Source of the DNA: Octopus vulgaris
Taxonomy: Eukaryota
Direction of reading: 5' to 3'
Assembly (NCBI GenBank): GCA_951406725.2
Contig: OX597822.1
Location: 70,370,001 to 70,434,000, forward strand
Length of the DNA stretch: 64,000 nucleotides
Both the position numbers and the translations under genes were made by a program. The notes under the pieces were generated by a model that saw only the letters and a list, made by a program, of their open reading frames with translations, ran no database searches and was not told the origin of the DNA. Shown piece by piece: positions 1-13,480 of this stretch; position 1 is the stretch's first letter, and every line of letters begins with the position of its first letter.

Positions 1-949
1 TCCATTTTATTTTATTTTAATCTCCAAATTCAAACTTAGCTGTAATTAATTTATTTGTTGCATGTGTCCAGTAAAATTCTAAGATGAATTATGTATTAGT
101 CCAGAGTTCAAGAATTAAAACAGCTTTCTTTTTCCTATTAATGCAAATCCTATTTTTAAAGGATAAAGTATTTTTTAATTTGTTGATTTTTCTTCTTTTG
201 TTTTTAATTATAAAATTGCTTAAATGTGTCCGTTCTTATGAGACAAAATAGATTTCCACTAAACAGTATTTCTATAAATGGAAAGAATATGAAGAAATAT
301 ATAAAATTGTTATTGAAATGAATTTGCTCTATAAATAAAAGCAGGAAAAAAAAAAAACCCAAATGAAAAACCAAAAAAATAACAAAATAGCAAAAGAACA
401 AACACTGACATATTTAAGGTTGTTGTGTTGAGGTGTAGGAAAGTTTCCTGCCACAAGATTTGTCACATACAGTAAATTGAAAAGAAAATATGATAGTTTG
501 TAATTAATGTCAGCGAGCAGAACAAATAAGTAAAACACAAAAAAAGGGAGAAGCTAATTTAGTGTTGTGGTTGACATAAAAGCATCATATTCAAAAAGTT
601 AAGCCTAACCTGGTTGGTTTACTAATTGCAAATGTTATACTAATGGGGATTAAATGAAATATAACATTAAAATCCGTTTAATTATGAATGTCCCCTCCCC
701 AACATCTGCGTGAGTTATTAAAGTAGAGATTTATGTCTTCTGTCTGAATTTTCAATTTAGTATTATCACTGGAGGTTCTTTCAGATTTAATAGTTTCACT
801 GACAAGTACTCTAACCTTAGACTTGTTTAACTGTAACATTCTTCTCTCTGCTCTCATCTCTATAATCATTTATTTGGTCAAGATACAAGCATGGTGCTTA
901 TTGAATATTTGTGTTTAGCTTTTGAAATATAGACTTATTCCAATATTTC

Positions 950-1365
950 ATAGTCCCTATGTTTAGCTCTTGATTTGGTTGTTGTGGTTGCCTCAGACGA
1001 TGTCACATTAACAGAATGGTTTCAACATGACTTAACTTGAAACTTCTGGAGAACTTGGTCATGAGGAATGTTCCTCGAGCAAGTTTTGGTTCATGCAATT
1101 TACATTCTGTTCAGAGTATGACCCCTCGATGAAAACGCTGTTCTTTTGAACCCACTAGATTAGTTAGATTTGCCTGTCAACACAGCCCCAAATGTATAAT
1201 AGGATTGAGATGAAATTGCATAGACTTGTGTAACATTCTGTTAAAGGAAAGATTATACAGATTAACTAGCTAACTCCCATTTCTAATACCAACCATAGAG
1301 TTAATAATCTTTCACTGCTACAAAGATTGTCTAACAATATTCTGTAGGCTGTCAACATAGCTTAA
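950..1365 (-). mobile_element. Highly decayed CR1-like LINE 3' remnant
   Basis: Minus strand gives short peptides ERLLTL (~1298-1315) and SSRGHTL (~1112-1132), in the order of the CR1 ORF2 C-terminal motifs YEERL..L and TRGHSLKL; otherwise full of stops. Confidence 0.3.
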
Positions 1366-2514
1366 TATGTAAGATGTTATTTTGTTGGGGAGAGAAAAAA
1401 AAATTATTTCCATCATTCACTAGAGTTTCAATATAAATTTTCAATTTAATGTGAATAATTTTCTGAATCAGTCTCTGCTCTAGATTTGTGTTAGGTAGTA
1501 ATACTTATATAATGGATTTGCAAGTTTATAAACAACTCATTCTGAAAAAGAGACATTTGGTCCTTTCTCTATTTTTCAAATGTTTAAATAAAGCTTGTAC
1601 AGCTGATAGTGTACATCACAACACATTCACCTACCTCTTACGTAAGATTGTTCTATAGAAATCTTTTCATCACAGAATTTTCTATATTTTAATTCTAATA
1701 ACTCACCACAGTGTAGTATATGTTGCATGCTGAACAACATAAGAATTGAATCCAATTTATTTCAGTTAATCTCAGATAAAATGGATAATTGATCTTGTAC
1801 TGTGGTACAATGCCGATGGAGAATGTGAATAGCCAGTTCAAATTCCACCTCGATCAACAAGATCTTAGATCTTTTCAAGGTTTACAAAATAAATGTCAGT
1901 GGTCTATTGTATAATATACTTGAGTAGTTTACTTGAAACTTGCTGCAGTGTTTATATGGTTTAAAGGTTAGGGACTCAGTCGCAAAGTAGACTTTAAGTT
2001 TTCAATTGGATGTAAATTTTCATATATAAACAGACAGATAACATTACTACCTGTGGCATAATAAATATAAGCCTGATAGTTATTCTTTGCTTCTGGGTAA
2101 ATACATACAGAAGATTTTTCTATTAAAAATGACTGCTGTTACTATGATGATGTTGAATTTTCATTTATTCACAAGTGTACACCAGTTATTTATATATTTT
2201 TCTTCATTTTAAATGCTTTCTTCGTTCTAGTATAGTTTGTTAATTGACCTCACATGATCAAATTGTTTAAAAATGGCACATAACCCAACGTAGTTAGTGA
2301 CTTCAAGTACTGTGGGTCTTATTTACTGAGAGTAAGAACATCTGGACATGCAAGAAATAAGCTTGAAGTGCTTATAACAAACTTCACATTTGGCAATCAA
2401 ATAAATATTTAAAAGTTTATAAATTTTCATTTTATTTGTATATTGTTTTCTTTCACACTTTTTTATACACTTATGACTCTAGACACAATCATGTTATTAA
2501 AAACTTTGCTTTGC

Positions 2515-2905
2515 AACCATGTTGTTTAGAGCTCAGACCTACTTACCTGGACACTGTCCAGGTGCTTTCAGTTACAGTTGCAGACAGGCTAGTGTTTTGT
2601 GAGTGAAATTTGATAGCGGAACATTAGAAGTCCATTGTGTGTGTGTGTGTGTGTGTGCAGTAATTGTAAGCAAAAGTCACCAGTCATACAAATGGTTCAT
2701 TTGTTTACAATTCTCTGAGAAAACCATGTCCAGGTCGTTTATTGTTTGATAGACTAGAAGAAATACTATTTTCCTGGAAACAGGTGAGATATTGGTGACA
2801 AGAATAACATCCTGTTGTAGTAAAAAAAAAAAAAAATCTGCTTCATCAAAGTTTTGTCAGACCCATGCAAGCCTGGAAAAGTGGGCATTACAATAATGTT
2901 GATAA
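2515..2905 (+). mobile_element. Old SINE copy: family-A-like head, internal (TG)n, RTE-type tail
   Basis: gtgagtgaaatttgatagcggaac resembles family A gtgagtggatttggtagacggaaac; tail gacccatgcaagcctggaaaagtggg matches the tail at 17648-17680. Confidence 0.5.
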
Positions 2906-3953
2906 TAGTCCCATCTTGATTTCTGCTTTTCTCAGCATTAATTTAATGCCCAGTTTAAAACCAAATTGAAAACAAGAAATCACAACTGTTTTAAATTAAT
3001 TCAAAATAACTTGTTATATGGTTATTTTATTAATTAAACTTTGGTGATAAAAAGGCCCCCCCCACCCTCCAAAATGCTACATACCGTTTCACTATGGTAA
3101 AGATTAAACACACATTTTTGTATTTTTATTATTTTTAGCAGTGTCTTTATAAATCAAGCACCAAAGTTATTATCTTATTTGTGTTGCATTCAATCAAATT
3201 ATCTAATCATGGTTCTAACCAAGTCTAGAATCAAATGAGACAGGCCAAGACTAGACCATTCCAGATGAAAAGTTCTACCATCAAATGAAATATTCATTGC
3301 TTAAACGCTTTTATTTTGGCAATCATCTGCTTAGCTGTATTTCATTTTCGCTCCATTAGCTACGAGATTTCATTTATACACACACACACACACGATATCA
3401 CCATTGCTATCATTCACCCATCTTTGTGTGTGGACACACATGCACACACTTTTTTCTTTCAGTGTTAGCAGTCATTTTTGTGAAGTTCTTGGTTTGTATA
3501 CTTTGGAATTATTTCAGTTTGATGGAGTTCACACATGTTACTTATTTTTGCTGGAGAGAAGAAATGTAAAAAAAAAAAAGAAAAAAAAAAAAGAAATCAA
3601 AGTGTGTTATTCGAGCCCAACAAGTTTGATAATATTTCTTGATACTTGCTGTTTACTTTCATATGGATAAATAGATATTGTTTCGATTCTCATTTTTAGG
3701 AAATATATTTCTGTTATTGTTTTGTTTCTTCTTTCTATATATGTTTAGCAATATTGTATATAAATAATTATAGCCCTCACCATTTGTGTGTAAGCACAAA
3801 GGAAAAATTCGTAACTTTTCTTTTCTCTTCAATTTTCAATCCTGTATCTGAAATATATATATATTGAAAGTTCTATTTTTTATGTTATGTTTTATTTTAT
3901 TTATCAATTTTTAAAAATCTTATGATCTCTCTCTTTCTCTTTAACCATTTCAG

Positions 3954-4012
3954 ACCAAGCAACTATAATCCAGACACTTTAGAAACTTTGTCATCTATGG
4001 TTATACATGAAG
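3954..4012 (+). CDS. Internal coding exon (59 nt, phase 2 to phase 1) of an unidentified host gene; peptide PSNYNPDTLETLSSMVIHE
   Basis: Long pyrimidine tract ctctctctttctctttaaccatttCAG (AG at 3952-3953), consensus donor AG|GTAAGA at 4013, open frame with ordinary amino-acid composition in non-repetitive sequence. Confidence 0.7.
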
Positions 4013-4124
4013 GTAAGACATGTTTTTAAAATTCACTTTCTCTGTGTAAGTCGTGTCCTTTTGCTACCATCATTGTGACAGATGGAAATAATAATAATGA
4101 TGATGATAATAATAATAATAATAA

Positions 4125-4816
4125 TTTTTGGCACAGGGTTAGCAGTTTTTGAGGGAAGAAGCCAGTCGATTACATCAACACCAAAAGGATGAATGGCAAA
4201 GTTGACCTTGGCAGTATTTGAACTTAGAATGGAAAGCAAGATGAAATGCCACGAAGCATTTTGTCTGGCATGCTAATGGTTCTGCCAGCTTACCACATTA
4301 ATAATAATAATAATTATAGTAATGATAACAATCATAATTTTAAATTTTTGCACAAGGTCAGCTGTATTAGGGATAAGGGGGAGTCAGTGTAATTGACTTC
4401 TTTGCTAAACTTCTACTTATTTATTGACCCTTTAAAAGGATGAAAGTCAAAGCTGACCTCAGCAGTGTTTGAACTTAGAACGTAAAGAAATGCTGCTAAG
4501 TATGCTGACACTTCTGCCAGCTTGCCACCTTGATGTTGCTGATGATAATGATGATAATAATAATAATTGATAAATGGTGGATTTTCAAATTTTGATATAA
4601 GGCCAGCAATTTTTAGTGGTGGTGGTGGTGGTGGTGGTGGTGGGGCAGTCGATTATATTGACCCCAGTGCTTAACTGGTACCTAATTTACCGACACTGAA
4701 TGGATGAAAGGCAAAGTCGACCTTGGTGGTATTTGAACCTCAGAGTGCAAAGAGCTGGAAGAAATGCGGCTTAGCATTGCGTCTGACGTGCTGACAATTT
4801 TGCCATCTCACTGCCT
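4125..4816 (-). mobile_element. Three tandem copies of tRNA-derived SINE family B (~4125-4298, 4343-4531, 4585-4816) separated by (AAT)n
   Basis: Each has the reverse complement of the family-B core: ggatgaaaggcaaagtcgacc...tttgaactcagaa...taagcattt...ttctgccagct. Confidence 0.85.
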
Positions 4817-4978
4817 GAATATTAATAATAATGATAATAATAATAATAGTAATAATAATAATGACAACAATAACATAATAAAGACATTGAACAAACAAAA
4901 ACACTGATGCAGCTACTTGCTTTTACAAGCAAATTTGCACGCTTCACTTCTTAGTGTTGTTATATTATTTATTTATTC

Positions 4979-5033
<55 letters not shown>

Positions 5034-5347
5034 GTTGTTGTTGTTGTTGTTTTGCTCTTCAAAATTAGATTTAATTTCTCTTTCATATTAAGAGTGTTTT
5101 GTGTGTGTATGTGTGTGTGTGTGTGTGTGTGTGTCTGTGTATCATCTGTTAATTTGTGTATGCTTGTTTGATATTCGTTGTACGTTTGTGTGGCCAAACT
5201 TGAACGACTTGCTAATGCAATTTATGCACTTTCTTTTCTTTGTGATATATGCACTGTTTTGAGTGTTGTTGGTTCTCCTTCAGAGTGGTTGCACAATGTA
5301 GAAAGTGCTGTTTCTTCTTTATCATTCCAGCTTTTGGTTGCGCTATA

Positions 5348-5400
<53 letters not shown>

Positions 5401-5622
5401 ATGTATATATATGCATCTGTATGTGTGTATATACATGTGGTAAGTGAATGTGTGTGTGTGTATAACATTCTTTTTCACATGTTTTATTTAACTTAAAACT
5501 GTGTACACACATGTTTGTTTGAATGCTTGAAGTACATTCTTGAAATGTTATCTCTTTATTACAGGTGCCTCTGTGTGTGTGTGTGTGCGCGCGCGCCTGG
5601 GCACGTGCGAATGTGTGTTTAT

Positions 5623-5848
5623 GTGTGTATTGCAGTTATATAAATGTATGCAGCTGTATGTCTTAGTGTGTATGAAATGTATATTTGTTCTACTTACACT
5701 TGGCATTAAGTTTGTACTAGTTCTTGTATATGTGTGTGTGTGTGTGTGTGTGTTGCAGCTATATGAATGTATGTAGCTGTGTGTATGTATGAAATGTATA
5801 TTTGTGTTCTACATTTACTCAGCATTAGGTTTGTGTTAGCTCTCATGC
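5623..5848. repeat. Diverged ~125-bp tandem duplication within (TG)n-rich DNA
   Basis: ttgcagttatataaatgtatgcagctg...gaaatgtatatttg..ttctac..gcattaagtttgt recurs as ttgcagctatatgaatgtatgtagctg...gaaatgtatatttg..ttctac..gcattaggtttgt. Confidence 0.8.
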
Positions 5849-8279
5849 TTGATTTCTCTTCCCCCATTGTTGTGTGTATCTCTGTGAGTATATGATGTAT
5901 GTGTACTTAGACAGATAGAAAAATATTTGATCTGTTGTCTGACCTGTGCATATTTTCTCATTTGCAATGTTTTCTCTCCTTAATTTGCATCCTTCTACCA
6001 TTACAGCTTACCAAAAATGCCTTTTGACTTCCACCGTCTTTATCGATTCACTCAAATTTCTTTCCTAATTCAATAAGTGATTTCCTCTCTCCTTCCCACC
6101 AAAATATATACAGAAGCAAGTATCTTCCAATGCTCCGTTGAAGATTATTCACCATTATATGTCTTTTTTCAGGAGGTTCACTTAAACATCACCTAGTTAA
6201 GATGCTTATCCCAAAGGCACTCAACTACTAGGGTTATAGAACTGCTATTAAATTAACTTCTCTATCCTCTAAATTTGCCACATTAAAATGTTATGTCTTC
6301 AACTACTGCCCCTCACCCATAGAAATTCATAGAAATTCTTTCAAATTTATATCACACCATCTACCCTTCCATTCCTGTCTATTTCAATTTGCTTGTCTTC
6401 ATTTTGTTATCATTTTTTTTTCTTGCAAAAAGAAGAGGAAAAAAACAATAAACAAAGCTTCAATTTATAATTTTGGGAAGAATAAATTTCTTCATACTTT
6501 CTTTTGGCCATTTTTATGATTCCTTTGCAACTTCATTCTGGCTTAATTTTATTTATATATATATTTATTTATTGTTTATTATTAAATCTCAAAAGTGAAC
6601 ATGAGCAAAATTTTTCATTTTGGGGAGAAAAATAAATGAACAAAACAAAAAGAAAAAAGAAAGTTCTTTGTTTCATTTTTGCAAAGATGAAATAATACAT
6701 TTTCTGAACTTTCTTATATCATTTCCAGTATTTCTTTATAATAAATGGTTCCCTACTTCCCAAGCTGTCTTCTCAGATTTCAGTTCACTTTTAATCAATG
6801 TAATTTGGAGGGAAAAATGAGGGATGAATGTAAGAAGATATTACAATGATTCCCTAACAACAGTATCTCTGCATTACTGTCGATGGTAAAAATGATTATG
6901 TAAAATGATCCATAAATTAGATTAATACTTGTTGTTGTTGAAAATGATCCCTGAATTACAGAGGAATTCCTGCTTGCTGTTGATTATCTTTCCATTCATC
7001 TCAAATTATAACGAAAATAATTAAATAAATCAGTAAATAAATGAAATTCGACAACAATGGCAACCAGCGCCTCAACAACAGAACATTTTCAATGTAGAGA
7101 TATCCTGAATATCTTATTTCATTAATTAGTTATTTAGAAAAAAAATTACCAGTAGATAGAGCATTGTTACCTATGTATGCAAATGATACTTATACATACA
7201 TTGCGCACCTGCACGCACGTGCATACACACGTACTCGTGTGTATTTACATACACTTTTCATAATAATCAGTACCTGTTTAAGCTGTTGATTATTTCCTCT
7301 TCCTCCTGTCCGTGTGCGTGCAGTACTATTTCCTTTCTCCCCTCCCCTCTCTTCCTAATTATTTTTTTCTAATGAGATAACCTTAGTTTTAGAGTCAGCA
7401 TTTTCTGTTGCTTTATGTAGATTTATATTTTTGTAGCCACTCCTGCCAGAAATTCTCGGCCTCCTTCTTTTCAAATGCAAAAGAGTCATGCGGAAAGTAC
7501 AGGTTTGTGGGAGTTTCAATTTTACTTAACTTCCTCCCTGTAGAATCTGTGTTAGTAAAATGCATTGTTCCTGTTGCTAGTCAACTTTTGCACCAACCTT
7601 CTCCAGGTTAACCATCCCCTTCTCACTAGTAATTTTAACTTTAAAAAAAAAATTATTTTAAATGTGGAATGTCTTTTTGTCTTGGATTTAATTTTAGTAC
7701 TAACTTATTTATGTTGTCCTATTATTTGTTGTTCAAATTACCTATCAATCTCTACTCTACTCTCTTGCCCAATCCCCCTCTTCCATCTCTCATTAATGGT
7801 CTCTTCTGTGCAGTGAAAATCTTCACCTCATAACTAAACCACTAGCAACCAAATCTTTCGCAAACCACACTGTCCTGTTTTGGAAATTACTAAAAGGAGG
7901 GCATTTGAATAATACAGTCATGGGTACATTATGTGGGGAAAGGTAGGGGATGGGGAGGGACGGAAAGATGGGATGGCCACTATTGGAACCACTGAATCAA
8001 AGTTGATTCATTGGTAGACAGCAACAACCACGTGGTCTAGAGCATATATTTTTTTGTCCTTATAGAAAATGAAAATTTCTTACTTCTGTCATTTAATTTC
8101 ATTTGGATGTTTTCCAATAAGTTCAATCTACTGACTTCTCCCTGAATAGCAATAATAATAATAATAATAATTGTAATAATAATTCATTATTTTATTCCCA
8201 GTTTATTTTCTTGTAGATTGAGATAATTTTATTTCCATTATACATGCTAGCATTGTGTATGTGTGTGTGTTCATGTATA

Positions 8280-8320
<41 letters not shown>

Positions 8321-8552
8321 TACAAATTTGAACACATTACAACAGATTATAATTCAAAAATTTCATATCCTATAGAACTGCTTTCTGAAACAGCTAAGAA
8401 ATTAGACTAAAATTTTATCCAAGAAATTGAAAGTATATCTGAATGTACTGCTTTCTTGTGTCTGGAATTGATTATTTCAAAGACCACCAAGAATGATAGA
8501 GCAGACTCTACAATCTTGCTGACCCTTCGACGAAAAATCACAGAACTCCTTC

Positions 8553-8764
8553 TTAATCCTTTAGCATTCAGAGTACCCTGTCAAATGTAATGCTTATTTA
8601 TTCATTTTGTTTTGAATTATGCATTATCATGTAGCTCCACAATTTGTCTATGTTTAGAATGACTTTGTAGGGTAGGTGTAAGAGGCCAGATTTGTCCATT
8701 TTTGACTACAAAACAGGTAGAATAGTTGGACTGGATATGGCTGGTTTAAATGCTTCTGGGTTAA
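8553..8764. mobile_element. piggyBac-type MITE (family 1)
   Basis: TTAA-tcctttagcatt ... aatgcttctggg-TTAA termini; second copy at 46756-46986. Confidence 0.7.
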
Positions 8765-9408
8765 ATACCCATCCGCCACCCTTATTTTAATAGGACATGA
8801 AATGAAACAAATGAAACAATAGGACATGAAATGAAACAATGTTGAAGAGAGAATCTTTTCATATACAAAAGCAAAAGCATATAAATTATATTTGTGTAGA
8901 GTCATATTTAACATGTCTATGTGTATTTGGATGTAAGATGGCCTTCCACTGTGGAAGTAGTCCTGGAAGAAGAATTTTCTCATAGATGACTTGTGTGAAA
9001 AATACATATTGGACTGTGAATGAACTTATGGAATGCATGCATTTCTGCGTCATTTCGTTTTGTCAGCAATGCACACCAAGTCTGTCAAGAACATAGTTAA
9101 TGCACTCAAACGTGCTAAATATGACTTTACATGAATGCTGCTTTAGTCTTTTATTCTTTTACTTGTCTCAGTCATTTGACTGTGGCCATACTGGAGCATC
9201 ACCTTTAGTCGAATAAATCAACCCCAGGACTTATTTTTTGGAAAGCCTGGTACTTATTCTGTTGGTTTCTTTTTGCCGAACTGCTCAGTGATGGGGTCAT
9301 AAACACACCAACATCGGTTGTCATGCGATGGTGGTGGTGGTGGGGGGGACAAACACAGACAGACAGAAATAACAAATACATACATACATGCATACATATA
9401 TACATACA

Positions 9409-9651
9409 TAGTTAAGGACTTTGCCCTGCAGAAGAATTCAATATGGACGCCTACTACATTGATTATTCTATGAAAAACATACCTATACCATCAAGGGATC
9501 TATACTCTGAGAAACTGTTGGAGAAAATTACAAGGAGCATTTTCCCGATGGCTGGATAACTGAAGAGATGGCGGCGTGGGTTTCTGTACCGACATCCGAA
9601 ACTCAGAGTTTTATATGGCTACTGAATAAGTGTCACATATTATATTTGCAG
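9409..9651 (+). mobile_element. Short Penelope-like element derivative: ORF 9443-9559 (MDAYYIDYSMKNIPIPSRDLYSEKLLEKITRSIFPMAG*) followed directly by a hammerhead motif
   Basis: YSMKNIPIPS..Y..KL.EK matches, from memory, the N-terminus of invertebrate Penelope-like element ORFs; the adjacent HHR is a known PLE hallmark. Confidence 0.7.
9556..9614 (+). ncRNA. Minimal type I hammerhead ribozyme motif
   Basis: Stem I ATAA/TTAT; core CTGAAGA 9560-9566; stem II GATGgCGG...CCGaCATC plus one unpaired C; GAAA 9598-9601; stem III ACT-cag-AGT; cleavage triplet GUU ending at 9610. Confidence 0.75.
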
Positions 9652-9683
<32 letters not shown>

Positions 9684-10684
9684 ATACATACAATGGGCTT
9701 CTTTCAGTTTCCATCTGCCAAATCCACTCACAAGGCTTTGGTTGGCCTGAGGCTATAGTAAAAGACACTTGCCCAAGGTACCACACAGTGGGACTGAACC
9801 TGGAACCATGTAGTTGGGAAGCCAGCTTCTTCCCACACAGCCATGCCTGCGCATATTTTTTTTATAAAATGTTTTTTTATTTCAGTACAAATATTTCAAC
9901 AACAAAATTTTTTTTCCCCCCACCTCTCAACTTAGTTGAAATTGATTGGTTTAGAAGATCTTCTAAAGCCATTTTAGTTTTCAATTCAGAGTACTTTTGT
10001 ATAATTTGATGAAGTCCAACTAATCCTATTTATTTCTATATATCTTCATCATATTTTTGATTTTGTTTCTAGTTTATACGAACAACTCTTCTATGCTGTT
10101 CCTTGTTTCTTTCATCACCATACTTGTTATATTATTCATTCCTTCGCTGTTGATATTTCGGTTCTCATAGTCTCTCCACTTGACTAATCTTTTGTACAAT
10201 TTTACTTTTCTGTACAAACCTCCTTAATCCTCTCCAACTTCTTATCGTCAGTTTTTTTGAATGTCCTTTTCTATTCTATAGAGATAAACTAAAACTTAAA
10301 TCACATTACAGTTGTATTTTTGCATTACTTTTTAGGTTCTAAACAGCATTCAGCTATTCTAATTCTATTTTCGGTTTAGTATTCTGTTGGAGATACTGCT
10401 AAATCTTCTTAAATTACGTTTCAAGTTCCTGTAGTAAACCAATTTATGTTTTCAAATCAACTACTAGCAATCTTATTCTGATTTCACATAGATTTCTCTG
10501 AAATTTGTCTTATAAGAAGATATCATAGTTTGTTTTATTTTCCTGTAAAGGCTGTTAATAGGTCTTTTGCATTCTCTCTTGCTGCAAAAGGGTGCTAAGA
10601 TTTAATGTATTTCTCTCAAGATATGTATTTTGGTACTTAATGTAAAATTTAGTGTGTGTGTGTATATATATGTGTGTGTGTGTG

Positions 10685-10728
<44 letters not shown>

Positions 10729-12493
10729 GACATACATATACACACAGAGATGTATGAATTTGTGTGTGTATGTGTGATTTTCCATAACTTGAGTTTGTAT
10801 AAAAATGATACATTCATTGCTAACCAAACGATATCACGTTGGTAATTTGTTGTTGCTGTTGCTATCCGCGCTGCTCCTATCTGTTATATTTATCTAATCT
10901 TTCAGTGTAAAAGATTACGCAGATTAATGTTCACTACACTTCTGCTTTCTTACTTTGAGAAAAATATCTAGAAATTTATCTGATTTCATTCTTGCTTCTT
11001 TCCAGTTAACTGTTGTGATGTCTAAAATGAATTTCATAAATCTCATGTTATTTGTACTCGAAGAAATCAAAACAAAATAAATACAAAAATAAAAATAACA
11101 TAAAATAGAAGAAAGGAAAAAAAAAAAAAAGCAAAGAAGCAAATCAAAGTAAAACAGCCAGTACTGGAAATATATATCTTTGTAAAGATGGGGGAAAATG
11201 ACAAGAATAACAATAGTTGATGGTACTAGTGGTGGTGGTGATGGTGGTGTTGGTTATTCTCTGATAATAATCTGACTCCTGCCTGTTTGTATTTAGCATT
11301 GCAAATTTACTTAATAGGCTAAAAAGATGAATATATAATGCTCGTAATATGGTAATATAATTAGATCAGCATGCACTCACCCTATTGCTGATTTGCTAAA
11401 AACTTGTCTATTGGTATCCTTTCAAAAACTCGTCTCCTTCTTCTTCTCTTTCTTCTTTTTCTTCTTCCTTTTTCCTTGTCTTCTCCACTTCTCGTTTTCA
11501 CTTACAATTAGTATAATTTGGAAAGTTAACCAGCAATTAATAAATTCAAAAACCAATCACAAAGAAGAAAAAAATAAGTGGAAAACAAACTAGCAAAAAA
11601 AATAAAAACCCTAAAATTATATTTATTTTACAGTTTGTTTTTCCGTTTTGTTTTTTTTTTCCATTTTCAATTTGTTTTATTATTATTATTTGTAATTTAT
11701 TTTCCAAAATAGTTTCATGATGCTGGGATGCTTGTTTTGCACCCTGAAGCTTCAGAAAGTGAGAGTTGTGTAAATTTGCAGTTCTCCTTTCTTTATACAA
11801 ACTGCTTGCCTGTTTAATCATGGACGGTGATCAGACTGAATTTCATGATTGAGAATTTAAACAAGCCAGAGTTGATTTCTTTTTCTTTATTCTTTTTATT
11901 TTTATGCACATACACCCAGGCACAAGCACACACACACTTGCACACACAACTTGGCACATGCAGGCATACAAGCATACAAAACAATTTGGTTTTTAGTTAG
12001 CTTTCTAAACTCAATTTCCAAAGTAAATTTAAGCTTGTATTAGGACTATTTGTAATGAAGTGTGGTGTTATTATTTGGAACTCTGTGTGGGTGTGCATGC
12101 ATGCACGCATGCATGCATCTTTGTGTGTTTGTATAATAAGGTAGGCGTAGGGCTAGCAGGAGTATTGCTGTAGTGTTAGTTAATTGGAATTATTAAACAC
12201 TTTTACCTTAATTAACTCTGAACACTGAAGGCAAGCTGACTCATAGACTCTTGAGGCAATTCCCTATAGCTTCATTTTACTGGGTTTTTTTTCTGAAACA
12301 AAAATTCAGCTTTTTAAGAGAGAGTGAGAGAGAGAGGAGGGGATAACCAACAGGGGCACAAGCGAAGCCAAAAGCCCATGTTTAGTTTTAAATGATACAA
12401 GATTTGTATTGTATTTTGTTTTTTAGTCTCATTCCAAATTCTGGGTAGAATGGTATACATCTGTAAAGTATCTAATCCAAGTGTGTGTGTGTG

Positions 12494-12542
<49 letters not shown>

Positions 12543-12709
12543 TATATATATATACATACATACAAACAAAGTATGGGGGTTTAGTTCACAGGCCATCTAA
12601 ATGATTAGGTATGCTAGGTAGTTATGTATTTTGAATTTCTTCCTATCTTGATATTGTATACAACTTGAGATGTTTGCCTTGCCTTAATGTTTGCTGTCCT
12701 GTTTAACAA

Positions 12710-12860
12710 TGGCTGTGTTGTAAGTAGCTTGCTTACCAGCCACATGGTTCTGGGTTCATTCCCACTGCATGGCACCTTGGGCAAGTGTCTTCTACTAAAG
12801 CCTCGGGCCGACCAAAGCCTTGTGAGTGGATTTGGTAGACGGAAACTGAAAGAAGCCCGT

Positions 12861-12909
<49 letters not shown>

Positions 12910-13078
12910 CTATGTGTGTGCATATGTTTGTGTGTCTGTGTTTATCCCCCGAACATCGCGTAGACTGATAGAATAAGTACTAGGTTTGCAAAGAATAAGT
13001 CCTGGGGTTGATTTGCTCGACTAAAGGCGGTGCTCCAGCATGGCCGCAGTAAAATGACTGAAACATGTAAAAGAATAT
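12710..13078 (+). mobile_element. tRNA-derived SINE family A
   Basis: Colinear with 45570-45966; internal (TA)n(GA)n; short internal deletion. Confidence 0.9.
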
Positions 13079-13268
13079 ATATATATATAAATATAGAAAG
13101 GGTATTACTATGACTTTGCAGTTTTTGCCATTAGCCTTTGTTCAACAGTTCAGTGAAGGCTAGTAGACCAAAATTTCAAAGTCACTATCACCCCTTTCTG
13201 GTAAAAGTATAATAAACATGAACTGTACTAAAAATATTGAGTATTTCTTCAGTTTAATACTTATTTGT

Positions 13269-13301
<33 letters not shown>

Positions 13302-13413
13302 CAGTAGTAGTAGTAGTAGTAGTAGTAGTAGAGAAATGTAGAAACGATCTTTAATTTTGCAACGTGTCTGCTTCTTCTAGCAATGCGTCAGTCTACCATG
13401 TGATACCACTACC

Positions 13414-13457
<44 letters not shown>

Positions 13458-13480
13458 AGAAATGTAGAAACGATCTTTAA
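13269..13480. repeat. (CTA)n/(TAG)n inverted microsatellite plus local duplication with a templated insert
   Basis: ctaccag(tag)n-agaaatgtagaaacgatctttaa occurs twice; the intervening 13351-13405 copies 14108-14165. Confidence 0.9.

Larger units (their letters stand above)
9147..9852 (-). mobile_element. tRNA-derived SINE family A, interrupted by a Penelope-like insert
   Basis: Reverse complement of 45570-45966 on both sides of 9409-9651. Confidence 0.9.
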
